Source: an uncultured Gammaproteobacteria bacterium
GTDB lineage: Bacteria; Patescibacteriota; Patescibacteriia; SG8-24
Length of the DNA stretch: 64,000 nt
Assembly (NCBI GenBank): GCA_964626205.1
Contig: CAZVED010000003.1
Coordinates: forward strand, 70,421-134,420
Direction of reading: 5' to 3'
Shown: positions 40,904 to 49,791 of the stretch, piece after piece
How the letters are laid out: each line of letters opens with the position of its first letter
Numbering within the stretch: position 1 is the first letter of the stretch
Notes under the pieces: model-generated
What the model saw: only the letters and a program-made list of their open reading frames with translations
Databases searched by the model: none
Told to the model about the DNA's origin: nothing
Program-made: the position numbers and the translations under genes

Positions 40904-42172
40904 GTGCCTATGGCGAGCGCGAAGAAGACGACGAAGAAACCGGTAGCCAAGAAGGCTCCGGCGAAGAAGGTTGCTCCGAAGAAACCGGTAGCCAAGAAGG
41001 CTCCGGCGAAGAAGGTTGCTCCGAAGAAACCGGTAGCAACACAGAAGGAAGAGGTGAAGAAGTTCATCGCACCGGAGAAATCCGTGCCGCCGAACGACGA
41101 GCAGATTGCGCGGCTTCTGCAGAAAGGGCAGATGCGCGGATTCGTCACAGAGAATGAGGTGCTCTACTTGTTTTCGAACCTTGAAGAATACGTTCCGTTG
41201 CTCGAAGAGCTGCTCGACAAGGCCGAAGGCATGGGACTTCAGATTGTCGAGATGAAGGAAGGTATCCTTGGACGTTCCGGCGAACGCCAGGGACAGCTTG
41301 ACGACATCCGCAAATCCAAGGAAACGAAGCGGTTTGATCTCACCGACATCTCGGCGGACTCCATCCAGATGTACTTGCGCGAAATCGGTAAGATTCCGTT
41401 GCTGACCGGTGAAGAAGAAGTCGCGCTCGCGAAGCGCAAGGAGCGCAACGACCGCGAGGCCGAACGCCGTCTTATCGAGGCGAACTTGCGTCTCGTGGTG
41501 TCTATCGCCAAGCGGTTCGTGGGCAAGTCGCTCTCGCTTCTTGATCTCATCCAGGAAGGAAACATCGGTTTGTTCCGCGCGGTGAAGAAGTTCGAGTACC
41601 GCAAGGGCTTCAAGTTCTCGACCTACGCCACGTGGTGGATCCGTCAGGCCATCACGCGCGCATTGGCCGACCAGTCCCGCACCATCCGCATCCCAGTGCA
41701 CATGGTCGAGACTATTAACCGCTTCCAGCAGATCGAACGCCAGCTCATCCAGGACCTCGGTCGCGAGCCGCTGCCAGAGGAAATCGCCGCAGAAATGGAC
41801 GAAGACATCGACCGCGTCCGTCACATCATGCAGATCTCGCAGGACACCGTTTCGCTCGAGACCTCTGTCGGTGAGGATGACGAAGACTCCACACTCGTGG
41901 ACTTCGTGGAAGACGTGAAGAACGTTGCCCCTGATCGTTCCGCTGCGCTCCAGTTGCTCCGCGACTACGTCCGGAGCGTCATCGCAGACCTCTCTCCGCG
42001 CGAGCAGAAGATCCTCGAAATGCGTTTCGGTCTTTTGGATGGCGTGAGCCACACGCTCGAGGAAGTCGGCCAAGAGTTCGACGTCACGCGCGAGCGCATC
42101 CGCCAAATCGAGGCCAAGGCGCTCGAGAAGATCCAGTTGCACGAAGGTATCACGAAACTGCGCGACTATTAA
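40904..42172 (+). CDS. rpoD: primary RNA polymerase sigma factor (sigma-70, RpoD) with Lys/Ala/Pro-rich N-terminal tail
   Basis: Regions 1.2, 2 ([37 protein letters not shown]), 3 and 4 ([23 protein letters not shown]) all present. Immediately downstream of dnaG, as in the classic dnaG-rpoD linkage. N-terminus [17 protein letters not shown] repeated. Confidence 0.9.
   Translation: MPMASAKKTTKKPVAKKAPAKKVAPKKPVAKKAPAKKVAPKKPVATQKEEVKKFIAPEKSVPPNDEQIARLLQKGQMRGFVTENEVLYLFSNLEEYVPLLEELLDKAEGMGLQIVEMKEGILGRSGERQGQLDDIRKSKETKRFDLTDISADSIQMYLREIGKIPLLTGEEEVALAKRKERNDREAERRLIEANLRLVVSIAKRFVGKSLSLLDLIQEGNIGLFRAVKKFEYRKGFKFSTYATWWIRQAITRALADQSRTIRIPVHMVETINRFQQIERQLIQDLGREPLPEEIAAEMDEDIDRVRHIMQISQDTVSLETSVGEDDEDSTLVDFVEDVKNVAPDRSAALQLLRDYVRSVIADLSPREQKILEMRFGLLDGVSHTLEEVGQEFDVTRERIRQIEAKALEKIQLHEGITKLRDY
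40933..41037 (+). repeat. perfect 45-bp direct tandem repeat (2.3 copies) inside the rpoD 5' coding region
   Basis: gaagaaaccggtagccaagaaggctccggcgaagaaggttgctcc at 40933-40977 and 40978-41022, plus a 15-nt partial third copy. Encodes [15 protein letters not shown]. Confidence 0.9.
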
Positions 42173-42249
42173 GGCGAGATTGACCGTTCCCGAGAAAGGA
42201 CGCTACGCTTCACGGTGGCGTCCTTTTTCGTTGCGCCAGGGAGGTCCGC

Positions 42250-42795
42250 GTGAAACCACGTAACATCGGTCTCGCGGAAGCCGTGAACAACATCTTCGCC
42301 ACGTACGGCAAGAGCGTCCTCTGGGCGCTCGTGGCAGTCGGCATCATCGGTATCGTCGTCCGGTCCGGCGCGTCCGCAGAACTCTTCGGGACGCTCTCGG
42401 TAACGCCGTACTGGTTCGAGCGGGGACTCTCGCTCCTACGGGACTGGCACCCCGGCCTCTACGCGACGCTCTCCCAGAGCGCGCTCCTCATGCTCTTCAT
42501 GAAGCTCATCTTCGCGCCGGTCATGGAAGAGGCGGCATTCCGCTACTTCCCGCTGACGCTCGCGAAGAACATGGAGTACGGGCAGATCCGAGCGATTATC
42601 TTCGTCGTCGGCGGTATCGTATTCGGTGTCCTGCACGGGCATGCGCTCAACATCTTCATCCAGGGCGTCGTCGGAGTCTTCCTCGGCTACCTCTACCTGA
42701 AGAATCATCGTTCGGACCTCATGTCCTACCTGTCCTGCGTGGCGGTACACATGCTCTACAACTTCACGGTCATCATGGCTCAGGTGCTATCCTGA
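42250..42795 (+). CDS. CPBP-family intramembrane metalloprotease (CAAX protease/Abi)
   Basis: Motifs EEAAFRYF (EExxxR), FGVLH (FxxxH) and HMLYN (HxxxN/D). 181 aa. GTG start. Confidence 0.7.
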   Translation: MKPRNIGLAEAVNNIFATYGKSVLWALVAVGIIGIVVRSGASAELFGTLSVTPYWFERGLSLLRDWHPGLYATLSQSALLMLFMKLIFAPVMEEAAFRYFPLTLAKNMEYGQIRAIIFVVGGIVFGVLHGHALNIFIQGVVGVFLGYLYLKNHRSDLMSYLSCVAVHMLYNFTVIMAQVLS

Positions 42796-42854
42796 GCCCC
42801 ACCCACCCCGCCCTCGTATGAGGAGCGGGGCTTTTTTGTGCATAAGAGGGGATA

Positions 42855-42882
42855 TTGCAAAAAAACCGCCTTGTGGTACTCT
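42855..42882 (+). promoter_or_regulatory. promoter-like TTGCAA-N16-TACTCT upstream of tRNA-Asn
   Basis: TTGCAA 42855-42860. TACTCT 42877-42882 preceded by TGG. tRNA starts 20 nt downstream. Confidence 0.45.
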
Positions 42883-42901
42883 ATTCAGGCTTAATGCACG
42901 T

Positions 42902-42976
42902 TCCGGGGTAGCTCAGTGGTAGAGCAGAGGACTGTTAATCCTTTGGTCGTGGGTTCGAATCCCACCCCCGGAGCCA
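42902..42976 (+). tRNA. tRNA-Asn (anticodon GTT)
   Basis: Acceptor TCCGGGG/CCCCGGA. D-arm GCTC-AGTGGTA-GAGC. Anticodon stem-loop GAGGA-CTGTTAA-TCCTT. T-arm GTGGG-TTCGAAT-CCCAC. Discriminator G plus encoded CCA. Confidence 0.9.
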
Positions 42977-42978
42977 TG

Positions 42979-43050
42979 ACCGGACGCGTGTGGAATACCC
43001 ACGCGTCCGGTCAAAAACCCGTCCCGAAAGGGGCGGGTTTTTGATTGGAA
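42979..43050 (+). terminator. double hairpin terminator after tRNA-Asn
   Basis: ccggacgcgtgtggaatacccacgcgtccgg hairpin, then GGTCAAAAACC-cgtcccgaaaggggcggg-TTTTT. Confidence 0.6.
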
Positions 43051-43082
43051 TTATGATGGCTGGTTACGATTGACGACTTTTT

Positions 43083-44354
43083 ATGAAGGTGGTAGTATTT
43101 CGTCAGGAGGTCTTCATCGAAGCTATCAATATGTACAGTTACATCATCCTCCAGCTGCTCTCTGGCATCATCGGCGTCGTTGCGGCTGTGCTGATCCTTA
43201 AGGGCTTGTTCCTCATCAGGAAGAGGTCCGATAGGGCCGCAAGGATCACCATTGACATCGGTGTCGGAGCCTTGTCGCTCGCCGCGATGCTTTTTGTCGT
43301 CACCGGGATCCCGTACCCGCTCCATTTCGCCATGCCGCCGACGATGCAAGCGATGACGCACGATAAGAAGCCCGCGTCCCTGCCGATACTCGCGATGCTC
43401 GAGTTCCTCTCCAAGAGGGATCGGTTCGAGAAGGTCGCGGATATTGGCCGAGATCCCAATGATGTTCCACCGGCCGTGGGCGCCCGCGAACCCGGTATCG
43501 TAAAAATTTCCGTCCGGACCAAGGAAGTGATTTCCGAGGTCGCTCCGGGCGTCTTCTTCAACTATTGGACGTACGATGGCCAAGTGCCCGGACCGATGTA
43601 CCGGGTGAGGGTCGGTGACACGGTGGAGCTCACCATCACGAACGACCCCACGAGCATCCATCCGCACAACATCGACCTACATGCGGTCACGGGTCCTGGC
43701 GGGGGAGCGGCGGTCACGTTGGTTCAGCCAGGTGAGACGAGGACGTTCCGGTGGCTCGCCAAGCACCCCGGGCTCTACGAGTACCATTGCGCGACCGCGA
43801 ACGTCAGTACGCACAACTCGCACGGACAGTACGGCCTGATCCTGGTCGAACCCGAGGGAGGGCTGTCGGCGGTCGACAAGGAGTTCTATCTTATGCAGGG
43901 CGAGCTCTATACGCTGGGCGGCATCGGCAAGAAGGGCCTCATGGCCTTCGATACGCAGGGTCTTATCGACGGTACTCCGACGTACGTCACTTTCAACGGA
44001 AAGATCGAACAGGCGCCGCGCATGAATGCGAAGGTCGGTGACCGCATACGCATGTACGTGGGAGGTGGTGGAGTCAACCTCATTTCGTCCTTTCATGTCA
44101 TCGGCGAAATATTCGATACGGTGTATCCTGAAGGCGCGATGGGTGAAGGCTCGACGGTGCTCAAGAACGTCCAGACGACGGCGGTGCTGCCCGGCGGTTC
44201 GACCATCGTCGAGTTCACTGTCGATGTCCCGGGGGAATTCCTTGTCGTCGATCACGCGCTTGCGAGGATGAACAAAGGGGCGTGGGCGGTCCTTAAAGTG
44301 ACAGGCGACCCGCGCCCGGATATCTACTCGGAAATCACTCCTAAAAAACCTTGA
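43083..44354 (+). CDS. nirK: copper-containing nitrite reductase NirK (two-domain cupredoxin), N-terminally membrane-anchored
   Basis: Type-1/type-2 Cu ligand motifs HPHNIDLHAVTGPGGG (cf. HNxDFHAATG) and YEYHCATANVSTHNSHGQYGLILVEP (cf. YHCAP...H..G M.G). N-terminal TM (IILQLLSGIIGVVAAVLIL). Start 43083 or 43128. Confidence 0.8.
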   Translation: MKVVVFRQEVFIEAINMYSYIILQLLSGIIGVVAAVLILKGLFLIRKRSDRAARITIDIGVGALSLAAMLFVVTGIPYPLHFAMPPTMQAMTHDKKPASLPILAMLEFLSKRDRFEKVADIGRDPNDVPPAVGAREPGIVKISVRTKEVISEVAPGVFFNYWTYDGQVPGPMYRVRVGDTVELTITNDPTSIHPHNIDLHAVTGPGGGAAVTLVQPGETRTFRWLAKHPGLYEYHCATANVSTHNSHGQYGLILVEPEGGLSAVDKEFYLMQGELYTLGGIGKKGLMAFDTQGLIDGTPTYVTFNGKIEQAPRMNAKVGDRIRMYVGGGGVNLISSFHVIGEIFDTVYPEGAMGEGSTVLKNVQTTAVLPGGSTIVEFTVDVPGEFLVVDHALARMNKGAWAVLKVTGDPRPDIYSEITPKKP

Positions 44355-44392
44355 GACCCAAGTGCGTCAGTCGTCCTGAAAACCGACCACGG

Positions 44393-44427
44393 AAAGCCCT
44401 CAACGGCCTCGAAGTTGGGGGTACTCT
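44393..44427 (+). promoter_or_regulatory. conserved 18-nt motif AAAGCCCTCAACGGCCTC followed at 11 nt by a TACTCT -10-like box, upstream of the multicopper oxidase gene
   Basis: Motif at 44393-44410, TACTCT at 44422-44427. GGTACTCTATCCAG resembles the tRNA-Asn promoter GGTACTCTATTCAG. A near-identical motif recurs at 48411-48428. Confidence 0.45.
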
Positions 44428-44484
44428 ATCCAGCTGTTGAGCCATGAATACGCATGTGGGGCGACCCACGTGCGTGGTCAAAAA

Positions 44485-44509
44485 CCAGCCATGAAAGTGG
44501 CTGGTTTTT
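44485..44509 (+). terminator. hairpin plus T-run (GGTCAAAAACC-hairpin-TTTTTG), same architecture as the terminator after tRNA-Asn
   Basis: ggtcaaaaaccagccatgaaagtggctggtttttg. Confidence 0.5.
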
Positions 44510-44634
44510 GTGTTCGCGAGACGCAGACCAATAAGGAGTGGCTTACCCAGAGGCGTATGCCCGCAGTGTGGTACAATGTGTACGAATAATCTCAATGTGC
44601 GACAAGTGTTTGCTGCGGTAACAATATTTACCAA

Positions 44635-46179
44635 GTGAGCGGCCATATGCGGAAACATCATCTTCGGTACGTCCTTCTCTGCCTCGGCGTTGTCTTCGTC
44701 GCCATCATCCTCGTCGGGCAATGGCCTCGGGGAACGCCAATTGCTTCCGTATCGGATCAAGCCTTACGGCCGTCCGTTCTAGAAACGGGGATCGTCAAGG
44801 AATACGAATTGAGAGCGGAAAAGACCATGATTGAACTCCGACCCGGGTTGATGACCGAGGCTTTTGCGTATAACGCCCAAGTACCTGGCCCAGAAATCCG
44901 TCTGAAGCTCGGCGATCGCGTGAAAGTGACGCTCAAGAACAATCTGGATGAACCGACGACCATCCATTGGCACGGCATCCGCGTGCCTGCGGCGATGGAC
45001 GGTGTGCCAATGGTCAGCCAGGAACCGGTGCCTCCCGGCGGAACGTTCGTATACGAATTCGTTCCACCCGATGCCGGGACGTACTTTTATCATTCGCATG
45101 TGGCTGTCGATGATCAGGTCGATCGCGGCCTCTACGGAGCGTTCATCGTCGAGCCGTCCGATGCGCTGGATATGCGGGACGGAGTCTTCGCGCTTGATGA
45201 CTGGCTTCTCGATGCCAATGGTGTACGGTTACCGACCTCGGCTTCCGAACCGGAACTTGACATCGACAATTCCCTTGATGTCGTGAGCGAAGCGACGCTC
45301 GGACCGGTGGCGGCAAACGGCGGCCACATGATGATGGATGGTGGCATGATGATGGGGGATATGGGTGGCAGCGGCATGATGGACCACTCGCTACCCGATG
45401 CAATCAATGGCCGGTTCGGCAACGTGATGACTGTGAACGGCAAGGCGGGTACCGCCGTTGCGCCCATACGGGTCGCACGCGGCGAACGGTTCCTCGCGAG
45501 GTTCCTGAACGCCTCGAACGCCATGACGCACGAGCTGCGGGCATCCGACGGGCGATCACTTTCCATTGTGGCGGTCGATGGGATTCTTCTGACGCGGCCG
45601 TTCGTGACCGACCGGCTCATCTTTCCGCCAGCCAAACGATTCGATGTCGTCATCGAAGCCAAGGATGACGTCGACTGGGCGCTTGAGGGAGGCACGGGCG
45701 TTCGTGCCATTCGCATCCCGGTGGAAGTCGAAGGAGAGACGACGAAGGTCACGGCGCTTCCGACGGGTATATTGGCGACCATGCCGGATCTTGGTGCTGC
45801 CAAGCCCGACGCCACGTTTACTGTGTCGACCGACCGGATGATGAACGCGACTACCTGGCTTCTAAACGGTCGCCCCTTCGATATGGAGGGCGAGAACCCG
45901 ACAGTCGCGACGTTCCCGCGAGGTAAGTGGGTGAAGTTGCGGTTCGTTAATATGAGTCCCATGGCGCATACGATGCATGTGCACGGGCACTTCATGCATG
46001 TCATCGCCAGGAATGGCCAGCGAATCACCGCCGCGACGAGCGAGGACACCGTCGTCGTCCGTGCGATGGAAACGGTCGAGGTCGTCATGCTCGCCGACAA
46101 CCCCGGCGATTGGGTCGTGCATTGCCACAATCTCGAGCACGAAGAGCACGGATTGATGGCGAAGTTCAATGTCGAATAA
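44635..46179 (+). CDS. multicopper oxidase (CueO/PcoA/CopA-type) with Met-rich segment
   Basis: Cu-binding motifs HWHG, HSH, MHVHGHFMHV and HCHNLEHEEHGLM. Met-rich loop GGHMMMDGGMMMGDMGGSGMMDH typical of copper-resistance MCOs. N-terminal TM/signal. Confidence 0.85.
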   Translation: MSGHMRKHHLRYVLLCLGVVFVAIILVGQWPRGTPIASVSDQALRPSVLETGIVKEYELRAEKTMIELRPGLMTEAFAYNAQVPGPEIRLKLGDRVKVTLKNNLDEPTTIHWHGIRVPAAMDGVPMVSQEPVPPGGTFVYEFVPPDAGTYFYHSHVAVDDQVDRGLYGAFIVEPSDALDMRDGVFALDDWLLDANGVRLPTSASEPELDIDNSLDVVSEATLGPVAANGGHMMMDGGMMMGDMGGSGMMDHSLPDAINGRFGNVMTVNGKAGTAVAPIRVARGERFLARFLNASNAMTHELRASDGRSLSIVAVDGILLTRPFVTDRLIFPPAKRFDVVIEAKDDVDWALEGGTGVRAIRIPVEVEGETTKVTALPTGILATMPDLGAAKPDATFTVSTDRMMNATTWLLNGRPFDMEGENPTVATFPRGKWVKLRFVNMSPMAHTMHVHGHFMHVIARNGQRITAATSEDTVVVRAMETVEVVMLADNPGDWVVHCHNLEHEEHGLMAKFNVE

Positions 46180-46184
46180 CTGAT

Positions 46185-48296
46185 ATGTCTGATCTTCTGG
46201 AGTACGTCTGTCCGATGCATCCGGAAGTACGTCGTGACGGTCCCGGACGCTGTCCGGAATGCGGCATGGCGCTTTTGCCGGAAAAGGAAGTAGTACGGGG
46301 GCACGGAATGCACGGATCGTCGCCGCAAAAAGGAAAAGAGCCGTCGTCCAGTAAGCACGAGGGTCATTCCCTCGCGATGTTCGCGCGTAAATTCTGGACT
46401 TCATTAGCGCTGACGATTCCGGTCGTCCTGATCCAATGGGAAGCAATTCCGACGTTCACGGGTTCTTCTTTAGTAGTGGCGCTCCTCGGCTCAGTGGTCT
46501 TCTTTTATGGCGGCTTAGTCTTTCTCCAGGGTGCTGTGCGGGAAGTCCGGGCGAAACTGCCGGGCATGATGACGCTCATCTCGATTGCGATCCTCACCGC
46601 GTACCTCTGGAGCGTCTGGGCGGTGTTCATCGGTGGTGAGGCGCTGTTCTGGGAACTGACCACCCTTATCACGGTCATGCTGCTCGGCCATTGGCTCGAG
46701 ATGCGGGCAGTGCAAAGCACACAGGGTGCGCTCAAAGAGCTTTCCAAGCTCATGCCGGACCGCGTTGAAGTCGTCCGGAACGGTGACACGACGTTGATTC
46801 CACTTACCGAACTTAAAGAGAACGACCTTTTCATCGTGCGTCCGGGGGGCAAGATTGCCGCGGATGGCGTCGTGGACTCAGGTGAATCCGATATCGACGA
46901 GTCCTCTGTGACCGGCGAATCCCGTCCCGTCTCCAAACAGCCGGGCGCGGAAGTCGTCGCTGGCACAGTGAACGGCGACGGTGCGATTACCGTCCGTGCG
47001 ACGAAGATTGGCGAGAAGACGTTTCTTGCGGGCGTCATGCGACTCGTCACTGAGGCGCAGGCGTCGAAATCGCGACTACAGATGCTTTCTGACCGCGCAG
47101 CACGGATGCTTACGGCGGCAGCAATCGGCTCCGGCGCGATCACGCTCGTCGCCTGGCTCTTTTATGCCGAACCTGCCTACGCTGTCGAACGGATGGTAGC
47201 GGTGCTGGTCATCGCCTGTCCGCATGCGCTCGGCTTGGCCGTACCGCTTGTCGCCTCCATCTCCACCATGCTCGCCGCCAGGAACGGCTTTCTGGTAAAG
47301 CAGCGTCTAGCGCTTGAAGCTGCCAAGGACATCGACGTTGTTCTCTTCGACAAGACAGGAACGCTCACAAAGGGCGCGTACGGCGTCGATCACGTATGGA
47401 ACTTCGCAGGCGGAGAGACTCGTGACGTGCTGCGCCTGGCCGCCGCCGTCGATGCGCCCTCTGAGCACGTCATCGCGAAAGCGGTCATGGAGAAAGCGCG
47501 AGAGGACGGCATCGATATTCCCGCCGTTTCCGGATTTTCGCGGATTCCCGGCAAGGGCGTGAAAGGCACCCTCGGCGGAGAAGAAGTGTCCGCAGGCGGA
47601 AAATCGCTGCTCGAACACTATCAGGGCGCCATCGCGGAGCAATACGCGAAAGAGATTGATGCCGAAAATAAAAAAGGGAAGTCCATCATCTATGTGCTGA
47701 AGAGTGGCCAGCCTATCGGGGCGATTGCCCTGGCTGATATCATTCGCGAGGAATCGCGGGAAGCAATTGGGACGCTCAAGGAGATGGGACTCAAGGTCGG
47801 CATAATCACGGGCGACTCCGAGGACGTCGCTGCTTGGGTCGCAGCGGAGCTCGGCATCGATGAGGTCTTTGCCCGTGTCTTGCCGCAGGATAAGGCGGCG
47901 AAAGTGAAGCTCCTCCAGGAAAAGGGGTTGCGGACGGCAATGGTCGGCGACGGAATCAATGATGCACCAGCGCTCACACAGGCCGATCTCGGTATCGCTA
48001 TCGGCGCTGGCACTAACGTGGCTATCGAATCCGCTGGCATCATCCTCGTCAGGAACGACCCTCGCGACATTCCGAAGATCATCACGCTGTCGCGCCTGAC
48101 CTATGCGAAGATGATCCAGAATCTCTGGTGGGCATCGGGCTATAACATCGTCGCTCTGCCTCTCGCGGCCGGTGCCTTGGCCTTCAAGGGTATCGTCATG
48201 CAGCCTGCATGGGCGGCGGTTTTCATGTCACTTTCAACCGTCATTGTCGCTATCAATGCAATGACCTTACGAAAGGCGAAATTGGGACGGGGTTGA
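46185..48296 (+). CDS. copB: copper-translocating P1B-type ATPase (CPH-type, CopB-like)
   Basis: N-terminal CPMHPEV...CPECGMAL metal-binding ribbon and His-rich linker. TM-site CPH ([13 protein letters not shown]). DKTGTLT phosphorylation site. GDGINDAP hinge. The track start 46110 overlaps the oxidase, so the ATG at 46185 is used. Confidence 0.9.
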   Translation: MSDLLEYVCPMHPEVRRDGPGRCPECGMALLPEKEVVRGHGMHGSSPQKGKEPSSSKHEGHSLAMFARKFWTSLALTIPVVLIQWEAIPTFTGSSLVVALLGSVVFFYGGLVFLQGAVREVRAKLPGMMTLISIAILTAYLWSVWAVFIGGEALFWELTTLITVMLLGHWLEMRAVQSTQGALKELSKLMPDRVEVVRNGDTTLIPLTELKENDLFIVRPGGKIAADGVVDSGESDIDESSVTGESRPVSKQPGAEVVAGTVNGDGAITVRATKIGEKTFLAGVMRLVTEAQASKSRLQMLSDRAARMLTAAAIGSGAITLVAWLFYAEPAYAVERMVAVLVIACPHALGLAVPLVASISTMLAARNGFLVKQRLALEAAKDIDVVLFDKTGTLTKGAYGVDHVWNFAGGETRDVLRLAAAVDAPSEHVIAKAVMEKAREDGIDIPAVSGFSRIPGKGVKGTLGGEEVSAGGKSLLEHYQGAIAEQYAKEIDAENKKGKSIIYVLKSGQPIGAIALADIIREESREAIGTLKEMGLKVGIITGDSEDVAAWVAAELGIDEVFARVLPQDKAAKVKLLQEKGLRTAMVGDGINDAPALTQADLGIAIGAGTNVAIESAGIILVRNDPRDIPKIITLSRLTYAKMIQNLWWASGYNIVALPLAAGALAFKGIVMQPAWAAVFMSLSTVIVAINAMTLRKAKLGRG

Positions 48297-48410
48297 TCGG
48301 TAGTATTTAGCGACTCTTGAGACACTTTTCGATTCGCCTATTTTCGTCCAGGGGTGTCTCATTTTGCCTGACCGGAACATTTTCTTAAAGGGAGCAGAAG
48401 GCCGCCCCAT

Positions 48411-48446
48411 AAAGCCATCAACGGCCTCAACCGTGATCGGACTATC
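48411..48446 (+). promoter_or_regulatory. second copy of the AAAGCC-N-TCAACGGCCTC motif with a downstream ACTATC -10-like box, upstream of the DUF1428 gene
   Basis: AAAGCCATCAACGGCCTC at 48411-48428. ACTATC at 48441-48446. 17/18 nt identical to the motif at 44393-44410. Confidence 0.45.
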
Positions 48447-48548
48447 GAGCCTTAGGGTTTTCTGTTGCTGCTCACCTTACGGAGCCAAAACCTGCCGCGA
48501 GTGGCGAGTTTTTGCTATCATTGATGCATGATTCACTAACACTCCTGT

Positions 48549-48929
48549 ATGTCTTACGTCGACGGTTTCGTGCTCTCCGTTCCCAAGAAGAATATCAAGG
48601 CATACCGCAAGATGGCTGCAGAGGGTGCCAAGATGTGGATGAAGGCCGGCGCGCTGCAGTATTTCGAATGCGTTGGGGATGACCTCAACATCAAGCCCAT
48701 GGGCGGAATGAAGACCATGAACTTCCTCCAGATGGCAAAGGCAAAGAAAAACGAGACGGTTTTCTTTTCATTCATTATCTTCAAGTCGCGCGCCCATCGC
48801 GATGCAGTCAACAAGAAGGTGATGGCAGGAATGGAAGAGCACTACAGCAAGCACAAGGATGTTCCTGTCATGCCGTTTGATATGAAGCGGATGGCCTACG
48901 GGGGGTTCAAGGCAGTCGTCGAGGCCTGA
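48549..48929 (+). CDS. DUF1428-family protein (YbaA-like)
   Basis: MSYVDGFVLSVPKKNIKAYRKMA...ALQYFECVGDD matches the conserved DUF1428 N-terminus. 126 aa. Confidence 0.6.
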   Translation: MSYVDGFVLSVPKKNIKAYRKMAAEGAKMWMKAGALQYFECVGDDLNIKPMGGMKTMNFLQMAKAKKNETVFFSFIIFKSRAHRDAVNKKVMAGMEEHYSKHKDVPVMPFDMKRMAYGGFKAVVEA

Positions 48930-48945
48930 TAGGAAGAGTATCTTC

Positions 48946-49440
48946 ATGAAACGAACATGCATTCTTCTCGCAGGCATCCTGTTTGTCGGTGTTGGCTGCG
49001 GCACATCTCCGCAAAGCACGACAGCGCCGACAGCTGTTCCGTTGAGCTATGTCGGCAATGTTATCGAGGTTACGCGCGAGAACACGAATTTTCGTGAGGT
49101 GCTGTTTACCGGACCGAAAAGCCAGCTGGTGGTGATGAGCATTCCGCCGGGGGGCGAGGTGGGGGAAGAGACGCATTACTACACGGAGCAGACCCTGTTC
49201 TTCCTTTCCGGAACCGGCGAAGCGATGCTTGATGACGAAATATTCCCAATCAGCTCAGGCGACGCCGTCGTGGTGACTGCAGGTACAAAGCATAATTTCA
49301 AGAACACGGGTACCGAAGACCTTAAGCTCTATACGGTCTACGCTCCTCCGAATCATATCGACGGTCGCGTTCACAAGACCAAGGAAGATGCCGATGCCGA
49401 CGTAGCGGATGAGGCAATTGGCGCAACAGCGCCGCGATAA
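48946..49440 (+). CDS. cupin-domain lipoprotein
   Basis: Lipobox LFVGVGC. Cupin_2 core (G-x5-HxH-like ETHYY...G...G..H.F.N). C-terminal block EDLKLYTVYAPPNHIDGRVHKTKEDA is paralogous to the C-terminus of ORF 55924-56886. Confidence 0.65.
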   Translation: MKRTCILLAGILFVGVGCGTSPQSTTAPTAVPLSYVGNVIEVTRENTNFREVLFTGPKSQLVVMSIPPGGEVGEETHYYTEQTLFFLSGTGEAMLDDEIFPISSGDAVVVTAGTKHNFKNTGTEDLKLYTVYAPPNHIDGRVHKTKEDADADVADEAIGATAPR

Positions 49441-49461
49441 CGTTTCCTTGCTTGCTCTAGA

Positions 49462-49495
49462 AAAACACCCCGCGACAGCAGGGTGTTTTTCGTAC
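49462..49495 (+). terminator. Rho-independent terminator
   Basis: aaaaacaccccgcgacagcagggtgttttt. Confidence 0.5.
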
Positions 49496-49532
49496 CACAG
49501 GGGTTGGGGCAGAACCGACGGTGGAGTTTTCC

Positions 49533-49778
49533 TTAGCGTCGCACAGCCCTCATGACCGCAATCAGCACGCACGCACCTAAAAGGGCAACGAGGAAGCTGT
49601 AGAGATCAAAACTTCCTACACCGCTCTTTCCAAAAAAACTCATGATGAGACCACCGATGACCGCACCCACCATGCCGATCACGATATCTCCCAACAGACC
49701 ACCTCTGTCGGAGCCCATCAGCCATGATGCGACTCCACCGACCAGCGCGCCGAACAGTATCCAGATGAGGATGCCCAT
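49533..49778 (-). CDS. GlsB/YeaQ/YmgE-family stress membrane protein (transglycosylase-associated protein)
   Basis: 81 aa. Gly-zipper TM pattern LFGALVGGVASWLMG...IGMVGAVIGGLI characteristic of the family. Confidence 0.7.
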   Translation of the reverse strand: MGILIWILFGALVGGVASWLMGSDRGGLLGDIVIGMVGAVIGGLIMSFFGKSGVGSFDLYSFLVALLGACVLIAVMRAVRR

Positions 49779-49791
49779 AGAGGTGGTGCAG

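Noticed and set aside
40892-42142. 416-aa minus-strand ORF antisense to rpoD
   Set aside because: Opposite a fully conserved sigma-70 gene. Leu/Arg-rich artefactual translation.
45132-46367. 411-aa minus-strand ORF antisense to the multicopper oxidase and ATPase start
   Set aside because: Shadow ORF, Ser/Thr/Ala-rich with no motifs. The + strand carries all four MCO copper-site motifs.
42960-48540. tRNA-Asn 3'-end direct repeat marking an integration site for the copper island
   Set aside because: Only an 8-nt match (cGGAGCCA) was found near 48517. Too short to call an att site without genome-wide statistics.
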